From positions 1,582-65,581 of IMG/VR virus record IMGVR_UViG_3300036841_000085: 64,000 nucleotides of DNA; one strand, written 5' to 3'. Each line of letters starts with the position of its first letter. Position 1 is the stretch's first letter. The position numbers and the translations under genes were made by a program. The notes beneath the pieces are model-generated. The model was not told where the DNA came from and did no database searches. It worked only from the letters and a program-made list of their open reading frames with translations. This stretch comes from a virus. Its lineage: Duplodnaviria; Caudoviricetes. Positions 18,786-27,913 of this stretch are shown one piece after another.

Positions 18786-19295
18786 TTAGACCACGTCCAC
18801 AATACGCAGCACCCTGGCCGCGTCTTTGTCCGTCCACACTGCCACCACCTGCTGTGGCGGCGTGAAGGCTGGTGTGTAGCTGCGGTGCCAGAACGACCGC
18901 GACACCTGGTCGGGCGGCACGGTGATGCCACGCGTGGTGGTAATCGAGCCGTCTGCGTTCCAGGTGCCGGTCTCGGCCGGCGGCACCAGGTCGTTGGCCA
19001 CCAGCACCACGTACGGCCGCCGGTTCTGGCCGGTGTCGGCCCAAATGATGACCACCACGTCGCCCGAGTCCAGCGTCGGCTTGTCGTAGGCCACCGATGG
19101 CGGCAGGTAGTACGAGCCCAGCGGTATGGCCACGCTGGACTGGCTCGGCCACAGCGCACCGAAGGTATCCACGGTAGCGGTCTCGATCACCGGGTCGCGC
19201 AGGTCGTGCGAGTCTTGGGTATCCTGCTTGATCCTGGCCACCAGCTTAGCGGCGGCCCGGTGCGTCAACTGCTCCGTGCGCAGGTCCATGCTCAT
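18786..19295 (-). CDS. baseplate spike/XkdR-like protein
   Basis: LDSGDVVVIIW OB-like motif; position after hub. Confidence 0.6.
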   Translation of the reverse strand: MSMDLRTEQLTHRAAAKLVARIKQDTQDSHDLRDPVIETATVDTFGALWPSQSSVAIPLGSYYLPPSVAYDKPTLDSGDVVVIIWADTGQNRRPYVVLVANDLVPPAETGTWNADGSITTTRGITVPPDQVSRSFWHRSYTPAFTPPQQVVAVWTDKDAARVLRIVDVV

Positions 19296-20890
19296 GAGTT
19301 CACCGCATTCGGGTCAATCCGCACCGCGTACCATGGCGCCCTGGCATTCCACTGCGCCCTGGTCATGGTGGTACCGCCGTAGTTGGGCGCTGGATTGGCT
19401 AGCTGCAGGGTATCACCGTCAGCGCCCGACACGCCCGTCCAATGGTCCCAGGCGCTGGAGCCGCACTGCAGCGGCTGCTTGCCGGCGATGCTCAGCGCTT
19501 CGTCGAAAGTGATCGGGCTGGACGTGGCCGCCACACCAAAAGTATTCTTGAGCGCCGACGCCAGGCCGGAGCCAGAGCCGTCCAGCAGTCCCTGGTCCGA
19601 GTTCACCCCGCCATGCAGCGCCGTCACCACGTCGTCGGCCGACGCCTGGATGCCCATGCTCTGCAACATCCAGGCAGCGCTGGCGCACGAGCAGGTCCAG
19701 CCATTGGTCTGGACTACGGCTGGCGTGTCCGGGTTGAAGTTGGCCGCCGAGTTGGGCGAGTCGTCTGCCTGGTTCTCCAGGCTGCCGCTGTCGTCCATAC
19801 TGTCGGTGTCAGACGTGCTGAATGAGTCCGTCCAGGTCAAGCTCATGGTTAGCCGCATAGTGCGAGCGCCGATGTCGGCCGCCAATCCCAGCACGTAGCC
19901 GTACGTGTCCAGCGGCCCGGCCACCACGTGGTGTCGATCTCCCTTAGCTACGTCAGCCAGTAGCGGTACTTCAAGGTCGATGGTGGTCGTGGGCTGCCCA
20001 TTGGTAGCCAGCAGCGCCTGCGCCTGGGCGGTGCCTGCCGCTTCGTCAGTATCCTTCTTGGCGTAGATCACGTCCTGGAAGATGCCGAACTCGGTATGCC
20101 CATCGACCGACACCAACTCCTGGGCAGGCTTGATAGCTGGCTTGGTCGGGCTGGCCACGAAGCGTCCCTTGGCATCGCGCTGAGTTGTGGTGTTGCTGGC
20201 GTCATCCACCGGCGCGTACACCTTGACCCTGGTGACCAGGCTCTCGGCCGACGAATCCAGCGAGCCGCCCAGGACAGAGTCGTTGTCAGTGAACAGGTAC
20301 ACATTAGGATTCGAGCCCGGCTTGACGCAGGCGAAACCATTCGCCGTCCACTTCATTACATACGGCGAGTCACCCTGCGCCTTGCCCCGCTTGAGTATTT
20401 CGGTGAAGATGTCGGCTATCTGTTTGCGGCGACCTGTCAGCGGCGCCACCACCACGCTCGGCCCGTCGAGCCGGTCCATGGGTATGTTCCACTGATTGCA
20501 CAGGTCGAACATGATGTCGGTGCCAGTCTGCCCTTCGTCGTAGTGGCAATCGATCCTGGATTTGAGCAGGGCGTACAACATGGAGAAACCACGCGGCTGG
20601 ATGGGCTCACCTTCCAGCAGGCCGAAGCCCAGCCCCAGGATAGTGCCACGGCAGATCTCCACCGGTGACGCCGGCGGCCCGCCCGACAGCACGAAGCTAG
20701 TGCCGATGGCCACCGACGATGGGTCCCAGTCATCCGTCGCCTGGTCTGGCACCTGCAGCCGTACCTTCATGCCCACTTCATTAGGGTCATCTTCGTAGCT
20801 GAGCCCGATATATGGCACGCTCAGGCTGCCGGCTGGCCCGCTGACGGTGAAGTCGAACTCGTGGTCAGAGATGTCTACTGGCAAGGACAC
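19292..20890 (-). CDS. baseplate hub (XkdQ-like) fused to C-terminal C39-like peptidase
   Basis: LVTRVKVY, FGIFQDV hub motifs; C-terminal QTNGWTCSCAS...WDHWTG...LANP. Confidence 0.85.
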   Translation of the reverse strand: MSLPVDISDHEFDFTVSGPAGSLSVPYIGLSYEDDPNEVGMKVRLQVPDQATDDWDPSSVAIGTSFVLSGGPPASPVEICRGTILGLGFGLLEGEPIQPRGFSMLYALLKSRIDCHYDEGQTGTDIMFDLCNQWNIPMDRLDGPSVVVAPLTGRRKQIADIFTEILKRGKAQGDSPYVMKWTANGFACVKPGSNPNVYLFTDNDSVLGGSLDSSAESLVTRVKVYAPVDDASNTTTQRDAKGRFVASPTKPAIKPAQELVSVDGHTEFGIFQDVIYAKKDTDEAAGTAQAQALLATNGQPTTTIDLEVPLLADVAKGDRHHVVAGPLDTYGYVLGLAADIGARTMRLTMSLTWTDSFSTSDTDSMDDSGSLENQADDSPNSAANFNPDTPAVVQTNGWTCSCASAAWMLQSMGIQASADDVVTALHGGVNSDQGLLDGSGSGLASALKNTFGVAATSSPITFDEALSIAGKQPLQCGSSAWDHWTGVSGADGDTLQLANPAPNYGGTTMTRAQWNARAPWYAVRIDPNAVNS

Positions 20891-20932
20891 TCTCCATACC
20901 GAACTCCGCAGTGACGTATCAGGCTCATGGCA

Positions 20933-21640
20933 TCAGGACTCCTGGTCGGCATCGTTGGTGTCTGCCTCACCGGGGCTGGAGGATGGCAGCTGCAATACCG
21001 TGCCGATCTGCAGGTTTTCTGGATCGTCTATACCGTTCAGGTCGGCTATCTCAGGCCAGCGCTCGCCGTCGCCCAGTTGACTGGCAGCGATGTCGTACAG
21101 AGTGTCGCCATCCTGCACCGCGTACTGGTCTGGCGTGTCCGGCGGCGCCGGCTCCGACTCAGCCAGGTTCGAGTCACCCTCCGTGGTCGCCTGGTCCTGC
21201 TCGCCGTCCAGCAGCACCACCATGGTGCGCCACTCGGTCAAGCCCAGGCTGACCACGTAGCCGCCTCTCACGTCGGGTGTCGCCTTCAAGGTGTCGATGT
21301 ACACCGTCTGGTCCTGCACTTCGTGCTCACGCTGGATCACCAGCCGCAGCTTGGTACCCTGCTTGGCGACCGGCGCGTGCCAGTCACGTAGCTGAGCCAG
21401 GATATCCTCCGGGTGCTGGTAGTACGCCGTATAGGGCTGGTAAGCATCAGCCCAGCCTGGCAGCAGGGCGTCGAAAGTGTACGTACGCTCGTTCCGACCG
21501 TGCGGCCGCGAGATACCGCCGCGCCTGGCCACCGACCAGGACAGCTTGACCGACGCGTCGTTGACCTGTGGGCTGGGCGTGACCGGGAAGATGACGAAGG
21601 TGCCAGGATCGCTGGCGTCGTATAGCGTCACCTGCGCCAT
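20933..21640 (-). CDS. tail tube initiator with LysM domain (XkdP-like)
   Basis: YAVQDGDTLYDIAASQLGDGERWPEIADLNGIDDPENLQIGTVLQLP. Confidence 0.92.
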   Translation of the reverse strand: MAQVTLYDASDPGTFVIFPVTPSPQVNDASVKLSWSVARRGGISRPHGRNERTYTFDALLPGWADAYQPYTAYYQHPEDILAQLRDWHAPVAKQGTKLRLVIQREHEVQDQTVYIDTLKATPDVRGGYVVSLGLTEWRTMVVLLDGEQDQATTEGDSNLAESEPAPPDTPDQYAVQDGDTLYDIAASQLGDGERWPEIADLNGIDDPENLQIGTVLQLPSSSPGEADTNDADQES

Positions 21641-24600
21641 CAGCCAAACGCTCCATTAGGCATCGAATCGAAAGCCTCAGTGACGTGATTGGAGAAGTTG
21701 TCCAGGTGAGCGGTCACGATCTGCCCGACCCGCTGGGCGAAAGACTCGCCATCTTCGCCCGGTTGCTGCACGATCTGTCCGATTGACACGAGAGGCCCAC
21801 CGGAGCCGCTCCGGACGGCCTGAGCGCCAGCGGCGCTACTCTGAGCCCTGCGAGCCGGGATAACGGCTTCCGGGGCTCCGGTGTTGTTCACCGCCATGGT
21901 GACGCCAGGCATGAGCAAGCCGCCCTGGTCGTATGGTTTGTAGGCACCACCAGCTGCCACGCTCTTGACACCAGGCACGTTGCTGATGTCGCCATACGCC
22001 GCCTTGATATAGGCGATGCCAGCCATGATTTGTGCCACCGGGTCCATGGGGTCCATACCCTGCGGCGTGTACTTGGAGCGATTGCTACCGGTCAGCTGCA
22101 TTAGACCCACGCTGGCGTTGCCCGCCTGGGCGTTCACGTCAGTCATGTTGGCCGCGCCTGGATTGCCGCCCGACTCATGCATCACGATGGTATTCAGGCC
22201 GCCGGCCCAGGACGCGTCCACGCCCGATGCCTTGATCGCCTGGTCGATCCAGGAGCCCACGTCACCGGTGCCGCCTGGCAGACGGCCAGATATATTGGAG
22301 CCCAGGCTGGAAAATGCCGAGCCCACCGAACTGGCGATGGTGCCCAGTACGCCTTTCAGGTCGTCACTCTTGGACTGAATGCCGGTGATCAGACCGTCCA
22401 TCATGTTGACACCGATCTGATCGCGCATATAGGTCGACGGCGAGTTGATGCCCAGTTGCTGCTTCACGAACTTGAGCCCGTCATCGACCGCGCCCCAAAT
22501 GGCGTTGCCGATAGTGGGACCTGCCGTCGACCACCAGGCAGCCACACCCTGCCACATGTTGTTCATGACACCGATCATCTCGGCGCCGAACTGACCGCCC
22601 ACCGTGGTCACGCCTTCGTGGATGGCTGAGCCCATGGCATCCATCATGTTACCGACGCCGGTGACCATCGGCGCCACCCACTCGGCCGCTCGCTGCTCCA
22701 GGGCGTTCAAGATGTCGCCCAGGTCGTCGCGCACGTTCTGCGGTATCATCTGCCAGACGTTCTGGATGGCCTGCCCGATACCCTCCAGGGCACCACCGAA
22801 GCGCCGCGCCACGTCGTCACCGTTGGTCCATAGCTCGGTCAGCCCGACGAACGGAATCGCCAGGTCGAGCGCATCGTGTGCCAGGTCGCGGATAGTGTCC
22901 CGGTTGTCGATCAGCATTTGGAAGAACGGCCGCGTCTTGTCGCCCATCTCCGGGCCAAACGTGGTCTCGATCTGATGCTGCAGGATACCGAAGGCACCGG
23001 GGTCGCCGGTCAGTCCCTCCTTGATGGCTCGGAAGCTATCCATCACGCCCGACTGGTCTATCATCGAACCCAGGTGGTCGAAGGCATCCGCCATCTTGAG
23101 GATCACATCGATGGCACCATTCAGCGGCCCGACGAACAGGCCACCGATGTCACGACTGAGCCCCTGCATACGCTGCTGCAGGATGGACATCTGCGTCTCA
23201 GGATCTTTTTGCGCCTTCGCCCAGGCTTGAGACACGTACTGACCTGTCAGCTGGTCATCATTCAGGTCTTTGAGGATCTGGTCGTAGTCGTCAGCACCCT
23301 TACCCATCAACAGCGCCGCACCGATGCCGCCGCGCTGAGCGTTGAGTAGCTTTAGGGTCTCGTCCGTGGCCTGCGCCTGGGTCAAGCCCATCTTCTGGTA
23401 GGCGTCGGTGGTCTTGGCGAAGATGCCAGTGAAGCCCAGTTGCGACACGCCGGTGGCGGTGTATGCGTCTTTCAGGTCGACGCCGGTGGTGTTGGTCAGC
23501 TTCTCAATCTCTTTTTGGGCAGCCGACGCTGGCTTGATGATGTGCGTCAGCATGTTGACCACCTGCGTCTGGCTCTCGGCCGCGTCGTAGCCATTTCTGG
23601 TCAAGGCAGCCATGGACGCGCCCACCTGGTCGAGCGGTACTCCAAGCTGGGCGGCGAAAGCCACCGCTCGCCCGCTGTTCTCAGCGAACTGCTCCATGGT
23701 CATGTTGCCTTCGGCAGCCGACACGTGCAGCACGCCCATGGCATGCGCCGCGTTCTGCGTCACCGTGGCCACGTCGCCCTGGTCCTGCTTGTACTGGTGC
23801 AGCGTCGACGCCAGGATAGTGCCTGTCTGCGCCACGTCAGCACCGGTGGACGCCGCCGCCTCCGCAGCCACTTTCATGACACCATTCATGGCGTCGGTAT
23901 TCTGCGTCAGGTCCATGATATTGCGGCTGGCTTCGATCAGCGGCGTGGTGGCGATGCCGAACTCCTGGCTGGTGTCACTGACGTTCTTGGCCAACGTAGC
24001 CATGTCCTCATTGGTCAGCGTGGTGTTGTTCTGCAGGATCATTAGCTCGTGGTTGAAGTCGGCCGCGTTCTTCGTCGCGGCACTGGCTCCGACCGCCACG
24101 GCACCTACGGCCGCTCCCACACCAGTAGCAGCACCAAGACCGCCAAGAGCCCCCAAACCGGCAACTCCACCAAGCTCTGGGGCAATGCCACTAACAACAT
24201 CTTCGCCAACTCCCAGGCTGGTCCTGGCCGCGCCACCCAGCCGACTGGCCAAGCTGGACGCGCCAGATGAGACCGTGCTGGCTGCTCGGCTGGCAGCGCT
24301 ACTGGCTTTGGCCGTGGCCGTGCCGCCGGTGCCCACCTTGACGTTGGCGCCCTTGCTCAGCTTGTCGACCTCAGTCTGGATCTGCTTTAGCCTGGTCGAT
24401 GCCTGGTCGGTCACGCCCACGCGGATGGTGGTGCGGCTGGTCTGGCTGAGCTTGGATACCTCCGTCTGAATAGCCTTCATCTTGGAAGATGCCTGGTCAT
24501 TCATGGTCAGCTTGATCTGCATGGCCTGCATCTTGGCCATGCGCTCGATCGCCTGCTGGTACTGCTTCTCTATCTGCGACAGCTGCGTCTGGAAGCGCCG

Positions 24601-24684
24601 CTCGTCAATGTTGATGACGATAGTTTCCTGGTAGCTGACCCCGGCAGCGGCGCCTCCGCCGCCAGCGCTCATTACCACGAACAC
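21640..24684 (-). CDS. tape measure protein with C-terminal SLT transglycosylase
   Basis: TP901-type TMP region; HESGGNPGA...GLMQL...YIKAAYG SLT motif. Confidence 0.92.
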   Translation of the reverse strand: MFVVMSAGGGGAAAGVSYQETIVINIDERRFQTQLSQIEKQYQQAIERMAKMQAMQIKLTMNDQASSKMKAIQTEVSKLSQTSRTTIRVGVTDQASTRLKQIQTEVDKLSKGANVKVGTGGTATAKASSAASRAASTVSSGASSLASRLGGAARTSLGVGEDVVSGIAPELGGVAGLGALGGLGAATGVGAAVGAVAVGASAATKNAADFNHELMILQNNTTLTNEDMATLAKNVSDTSQEFGIATTPLIEASRNIMDLTQNTDAMNGVMKVAAEAAASTGADVAQTGTILASTLHQYKQDQGDVATVTQNAAHAMGVLHVSAAEGNMTMEQFAENSGRAVAFAAQLGVPLDQVGASMAALTRNGYDAAESQTQVVNMLTHIIKPASAAQKEIEKLTNTTGVDLKDAYTATGVSQLGFTGIFAKTTDAYQKMGLTQAQATDETLKLLNAQRGGIGAALLMGKGADDYDQILKDLNDDQLTGQYVSQAWAKAQKDPETQMSILQQRMQGLSRDIGGLFVGPLNGAIDVILKMADAFDHLGSMIDQSGVMDSFRAIKEGLTGDPGAFGILQHQIETTFGPEMGDKTRPFFQMLIDNRDTIRDLAHDALDLAIPFVGLTELWTNGDDVARRFGGALEGIGQAIQNVWQMIPQNVRDDLGDILNALEQRAAEWVAPMVTGVGNMMDAMGSAIHEGVTTVGGQFGAEMIGVMNNMWQGVAAWWSTAGPTIGNAIWGAVDDGLKFVKQQLGINSPSTYMRDQIGVNMMDGLITGIQSKSDDLKGVLGTIASSVGSAFSSLGSNISGRLPGGTGDVGSWIDQAIKASGVDASWAGGLNTIVMHESGGNPGAANMTDVNAQAGNASVGLMQLTGSNRSKYTPQGMDPMDPVAQIMAGIAYIKAAYGDISNVPGVKSVAAGGAYKPYDQGGLLMPGVTMAVNNTGAPEAVIPARRAQSSAAGAQAVRSGSGGPLVSIGQIVQQPGEDGESFAQRVGQIVTAHLDNFSNHVTEAFDSMPNGAFG
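21800..21881. repeat. 82-bp dispersed element inside tape measure gene
   Basis: CCGGA 21800, CCGGA 21811, GCTAC core, TCCGG 21877. Confidence 0.8.
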
Positions 24685-24716
24685 GCCTCCAGGCGAGCAT
24701 ACCCAAGAGAGGCTAT

Positions 24717-24798
24717 CCGGAGACCAAGGAGACCGCCTCTGCCCGTCAGGACGGCCCGGTAGCCGTCCAGCGCCCCGCAGCGTCCGGACGGCCTCCGG
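24717..24798. repeat. 82-bp dispersed element, reverse orientation, upstream of tape measure
   Basis: CCGGA 24717, TCCGG 24794; reverse complement shares ACGGCTACCGGGCCGTCC with the 60838 copy. Confidence 0.8.
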
Positions 24799-24822
24799 AA
24801 CAGCCTGGGCCGGGAGGGTAGC

Positions 24823-24999
24823 TCAGGCACGGTTCCGATCATTCTCCTGCTCGACATGGAACTCGGCCGACACCTGCAACCAGGTGAACTGGAAGTCTGA
24901 CAGTTGCTCCAGGTCCCACGGCGTGAAGCGACCGCCGGTGAGCCAGAATAACTCGTGAGCCCAGCGCATGAAGCCATGCTCGGCCCGCGTTATTTTTCC
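24823..24999 (-). CDS. -1 frameshift extension of tail assembly chaperone (gpGT-like)
   Basis: G GAA AAA slippery site before TAA; -1 frame reads ITRAEHGFMRWAHELFWLTGGRFTPWDLEQLSDFQFTWLQVSAEFHVEQENDRNRA. Confidence 0.75.
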   Translation of the reverse strand, partial: GKITRAEHGFMRWAHELFWLTGGRFTPWDLEQLSDFQFTWLQVSAEFHVEQENDRNRA

Positions 25000-25601
25000 A
25001 GTATCTCCCGCTGCTCGACCTGCGCCTCTGAGCCCAGGTCATACAGCGCCAGGATAGCGGTAATCTGCTCAGTGTCGGTCAACATTTTGCCGATCAACTC
25101 CCAGCCTTCGCCCACCTGGTAGCGCCGACGCAGCGCCGCTGAGTCCCAGAACCTGTCCCTATCCTCGCGCACCGTGGCCGTGTATAGCATACGCAACTCG
25201 GCCTCATTTACATCTACTTCACGGTCAGTGATGTTGCGCCGCAGGCCGCGCTGTGGTGACTCGTCCCTGGCCAGCCGCTCGCACTGCAGACGCTCCCTGC
25301 GTTGCAGCGCCCTAATCCTGATGCTGAACTGCTCCAGGACGGGCAGGCCACCCTCATCCTTGACAGGCCGCCACTTGTCGCCCACCTGCTCCACCTTGGG
25401 CACCTTGATGCGTGGGAAGTTGAGCCGCGTCACCGGAATGATGCTGGACAGGTTATCGGCCTGGTCAACCAGGGCAGCCACCACCGGGTCTTCCATATCC
25501 AGGAAATCATCCACCGGCGCCGGCCGCTGGCGGGTGACCCAATCGTTGCCACCCTCAGCGACGGTACCGGCGGTCAGCGGCCCGTTATGCGTCGACTCCA
25601 T
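24990..25601 (-). CDS. tail assembly chaperone (XkdN-like)
   Basis: Between tube and tape measure; FSIRIRAL, FWDSAAL motifs. Confidence 0.85.
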   Translation of the reverse strand: MESTHNGPLTAGTVAEGGNDWVTRQRPAPVDDFLDMEDPVVAALVDQADNLSSIIPVTRLNFPRIKVPKVEQVGDKWRPVKDEGGLPVLEQFSIRIRALQRRERLQCERLARDESPQRGLRRNITDREVDVNEAELRMLYTATVREDRDRFWDSAALRRRYQVGEGWELIGKMLTDTEQITAILALYDLGSEAQVEQREILEK

Positions 25602-25622
25602 AGAGTCGCTCCCTTCTGCTGG

Positions 25623-26066
25623 TTACAGATCCCAGCCCTGGTCGAGTACCGGTCGGGTGTTCATCCGAAATGAGTACGTCCTGGTCTTGGCTCGCCCGGT
25701 CTGGCTGCCGCCCAACTCCAGGTCGCCGTCAGAGTAGGCGTCGGTGACCACCCAGCGAGACACCGCGCCGTCGCCGCGCTCCTGCTCACCGATGAAGCTG
25801 AATGCGATATCGTCGCCCGAGTTGTCGGCCGCAATAAGCTGCGACGGCAAGCGGTCGCTGATGGATAGCTCGTCGAAGGCCAGGGCATACGCCACGCTGG
25901 TCAGCTTGCTGTACTGCATCACGTCGTCGAGCACCTGCACGTCATCACGGCGGGCCGTCCTGGTGACAGCCCACCTGGTGCAGGTGGCTACTTTGGCGCC
26001 ATTCCAGTAGAAGCGACCACGGTAACCTTCCGCGATCTTTTGAATATCCGATGGTGCAGCGGTCAT
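25623..26066 (-). CDS. tail tube protein (XkdM-like)
   Basis: 147 aa beta-rich protein after sheath; GYRGRFYWNG. Confidence 0.8.
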   Translation of the reverse strand: MTAAPSDIQKIAEGYRGRFYWNGAKVATCTRWAVTRTARRDDVQVLDDVMQYSKLTSVAYALAFDELSISDRLPSQLIAADNSGDDIAFSFIGEQERGDGAVSRWVVTDAYSDGDLELGGSQTGRAKTRTYSFRMNTRPVLDQGWDL

Positions 26067-26086
26067 AGGTTCGATTCAACCTCCCT

Positions 26087-27556
26087 CTACTGGCTGGTGT
26101 TGAGCTTGATGATGATGGTGTCGACACCACCCACGTCCATGAACGGATCGATCTTGAATGCGTAAGTGCCGGCCGGCGCCGCGTTTTGGACTGTCTGGTC
26201 GAGCACCAGCTTGCTGGACGGGTCGAGTGCCGCCGGCATGTACGCCGCCAGGCACCGTTGCCCGGTCGCTAGCAGATCCAGAAGGCCCACCTGGTTCTGC
26301 AGCGGCCGGGCATCCGGGTCAGGGTCCATGATGCGATCCAACAGGGTCTGCATCAGGTCATCCACGATGGTGAACACGCGTACCGACCTGTCGACCATCT
26401 TCCAGGCCGGGTCGATGTTCTCTGCCCATAGCGGCGGAATACCTACGTTGACCACGCTGGTCACGCCCTTGCTGGTCACCACGCGACCACGGTGGTCATG
26501 CGTGGCATAAATCATACCCGCTTGCTGGGCGTACGCCGAGTCGCTCCTGGACAGGTCGTGCGGGATGGCCGTGGCGTCTGGAATAGCTCGGCCGGTCATA
26601 GTGTGCGTCGGCCGCATGGTGCTGATAATACCAGCTACTCTGGCGGCGAAGTTGGCTCCCGCCACCGCGCCGTTGGCTGTCTGGAAATCATTGGCCACGT
26701 ACACCATGGCTGGATCGTTGATGGCGGCCACGGTCGGCGCCGCCTGCTGCACGCTGACGGTGTTGATGTTCTGGCCAGCCACCGCCATGCGCCGCAGACC
26801 CTGCATGATGGCTTGGTCAATGAAGCCCTGCAGCGCCACGTGCTCGACCGGATCTTCGCTATCCTCACACAGCGCGAACCAGGGATAGCTGAGCAGCATC
26901 TGCCTGGCCGCGTCCATGCCTGCCGCAGTCACCACCGGGTCGGAGCCGCCCGACACCGGCACCTGCGTGACCAGCCCCAGGTTGTCGCCGGCCGCGCCGC
27001 TGCCCGAGTACGCCGCGCTGAAGTACACCGAGCCACCCACGCTGGCGTTGAGCGCATTCATCAGGTCGCCGGCGGTATGCGTGGCGCCGATGTTCTTGGT
27101 CTCCAACGGCAGGCCGCCGTAGAAGGTGACGAACTCGTAGGTGCCTGGCAGCGCCGGGCTCTGGCGCAGGCTGACCTGCATGGCCATGGCACCTGGATTC
27201 TTGGCCGTCAGTTGCACACTGGGCGTAACTGGCGCCACGGTGCTAAGGATCAAGGTGGCCGCCGCACCACCGGTGCCACCCGCTCGAACGCAGTAGGCTG
27301 CCTGGGCGCCGCCAGCCAGTGCCTGCGCCATCAGCGAGTTGATGGTCGACGACGCACCAAAGTACCTGGTGGTGTCGTCCACGCCATAGCACAACTGCGG
27401 TACGTTGAGCGGTCCCCAGGAGGCACGACCTACCAGGGCGACCACGCCGCGCACCGTAGACGGCGTCGGCACACTGCTGGTCAGCCGTAAATAGCCGCCT
27501 GGCAGGATGGGAAAGACGCCTGGGCGAATAATCTGACCGAAGGCTAGGGTAGCCAC
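26087..27556 (-). CDS. contractile tail sheath protein
   Basis: RPGVF/PGGY N-terminus, GVVALVGRASWGP, ARVAG motifs. Confidence 0.92.
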   Translation of the reverse strand: MATLAFGQIIRPGVFPILPGGYLRLTSSVPTPSTVRGVVALVGRASWGPLNVPQLCYGVDDTTRYFGASSTINSLMAQALAGGAQAAYCVRAGGTGGAAATLILSTVAPVTPSVQLTAKNPGAMAMQVSLRQSPALPGTYEFVTFYGGLPLETKNIGATHTAGDLMNALNASVGGSVYFSAAYSGSGAAGDNLGLVTQVPVSGGSDPVVTAAGMDAARQMLLSYPWFALCEDSEDPVEHVALQGFIDQAIMQGLRRMAVAGQNINTVSVQQAAPTVAAINDPAMVYVANDFQTANGAVAGANFAARVAGIISTMRPTHTMTGRAIPDATAIPHDLSRSDSAYAQQAGMIYATHDHRGRVVTSKGVTSVVNVGIPPLWAENIDPAWKMVDRSVRVFTIVDDLMQTLLDRIMDPDPDARPLQNQVGLLDLLATGQRCLAAYMPAALDPSSKLVLDQTVQNAAPAGTYAFKIDPFMDVGGVDTIIIKLNTSQ

Positions 27557-27562
27557 TTCGTG

Positions 27563-27913
27563 CTATACCTCCCGATTGCTTACTTCGTCCAGAGCGGCCC
27601 GCATCTCATCCTCACTAAGCCGCATCCGGCCGCGCATCACGAAGGCAGCCCGCACCAGGCTCTCCGGTTGATTAAAGGCAGCCGCCGCCACTTCGGGCTC
27701 GGTCACCAAGAATCCCTGGCCAGCGCTGGCCAGTAGTTCATCCTCATGCACCGCCCGCTCGTGATCGACGGCGGGCGTGACAGGTCCAGGGTTGACCGGC
27801 TGGTGCGTGGTATCATTGGCCGGTGGTGTCTGGACCGGGTTATCGCTGACAGGCGGTACGTTCGTCACGACCTGCTCTGATTTGCTGGACGACGATGGCT
27901 TGTCTTGAGTCAT
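27563..27913 (-). CDS. hypothetical protein
   Basis: Operon position before sheath; ends NREV. Confidence 0.7.
   Translation of the reverse strand: MTQDKPSSSSKSEQVVTNVPPVSDNPVQTPPANDTTHQPVNPGPVTPAVDHERAVHEDELLASAGQGFLVTEPEVAAAAFNQPESLVRAAFVMRGRMRLSEDEMRAALDEVSNREV

Noticed and set aside
24672-25042. Track ORFs 24672-24977 and 24839-25042 as the chaperone extension
   Set aside because: The slippery site leads into the third frame, which gives the more plausible product ending at 24823.
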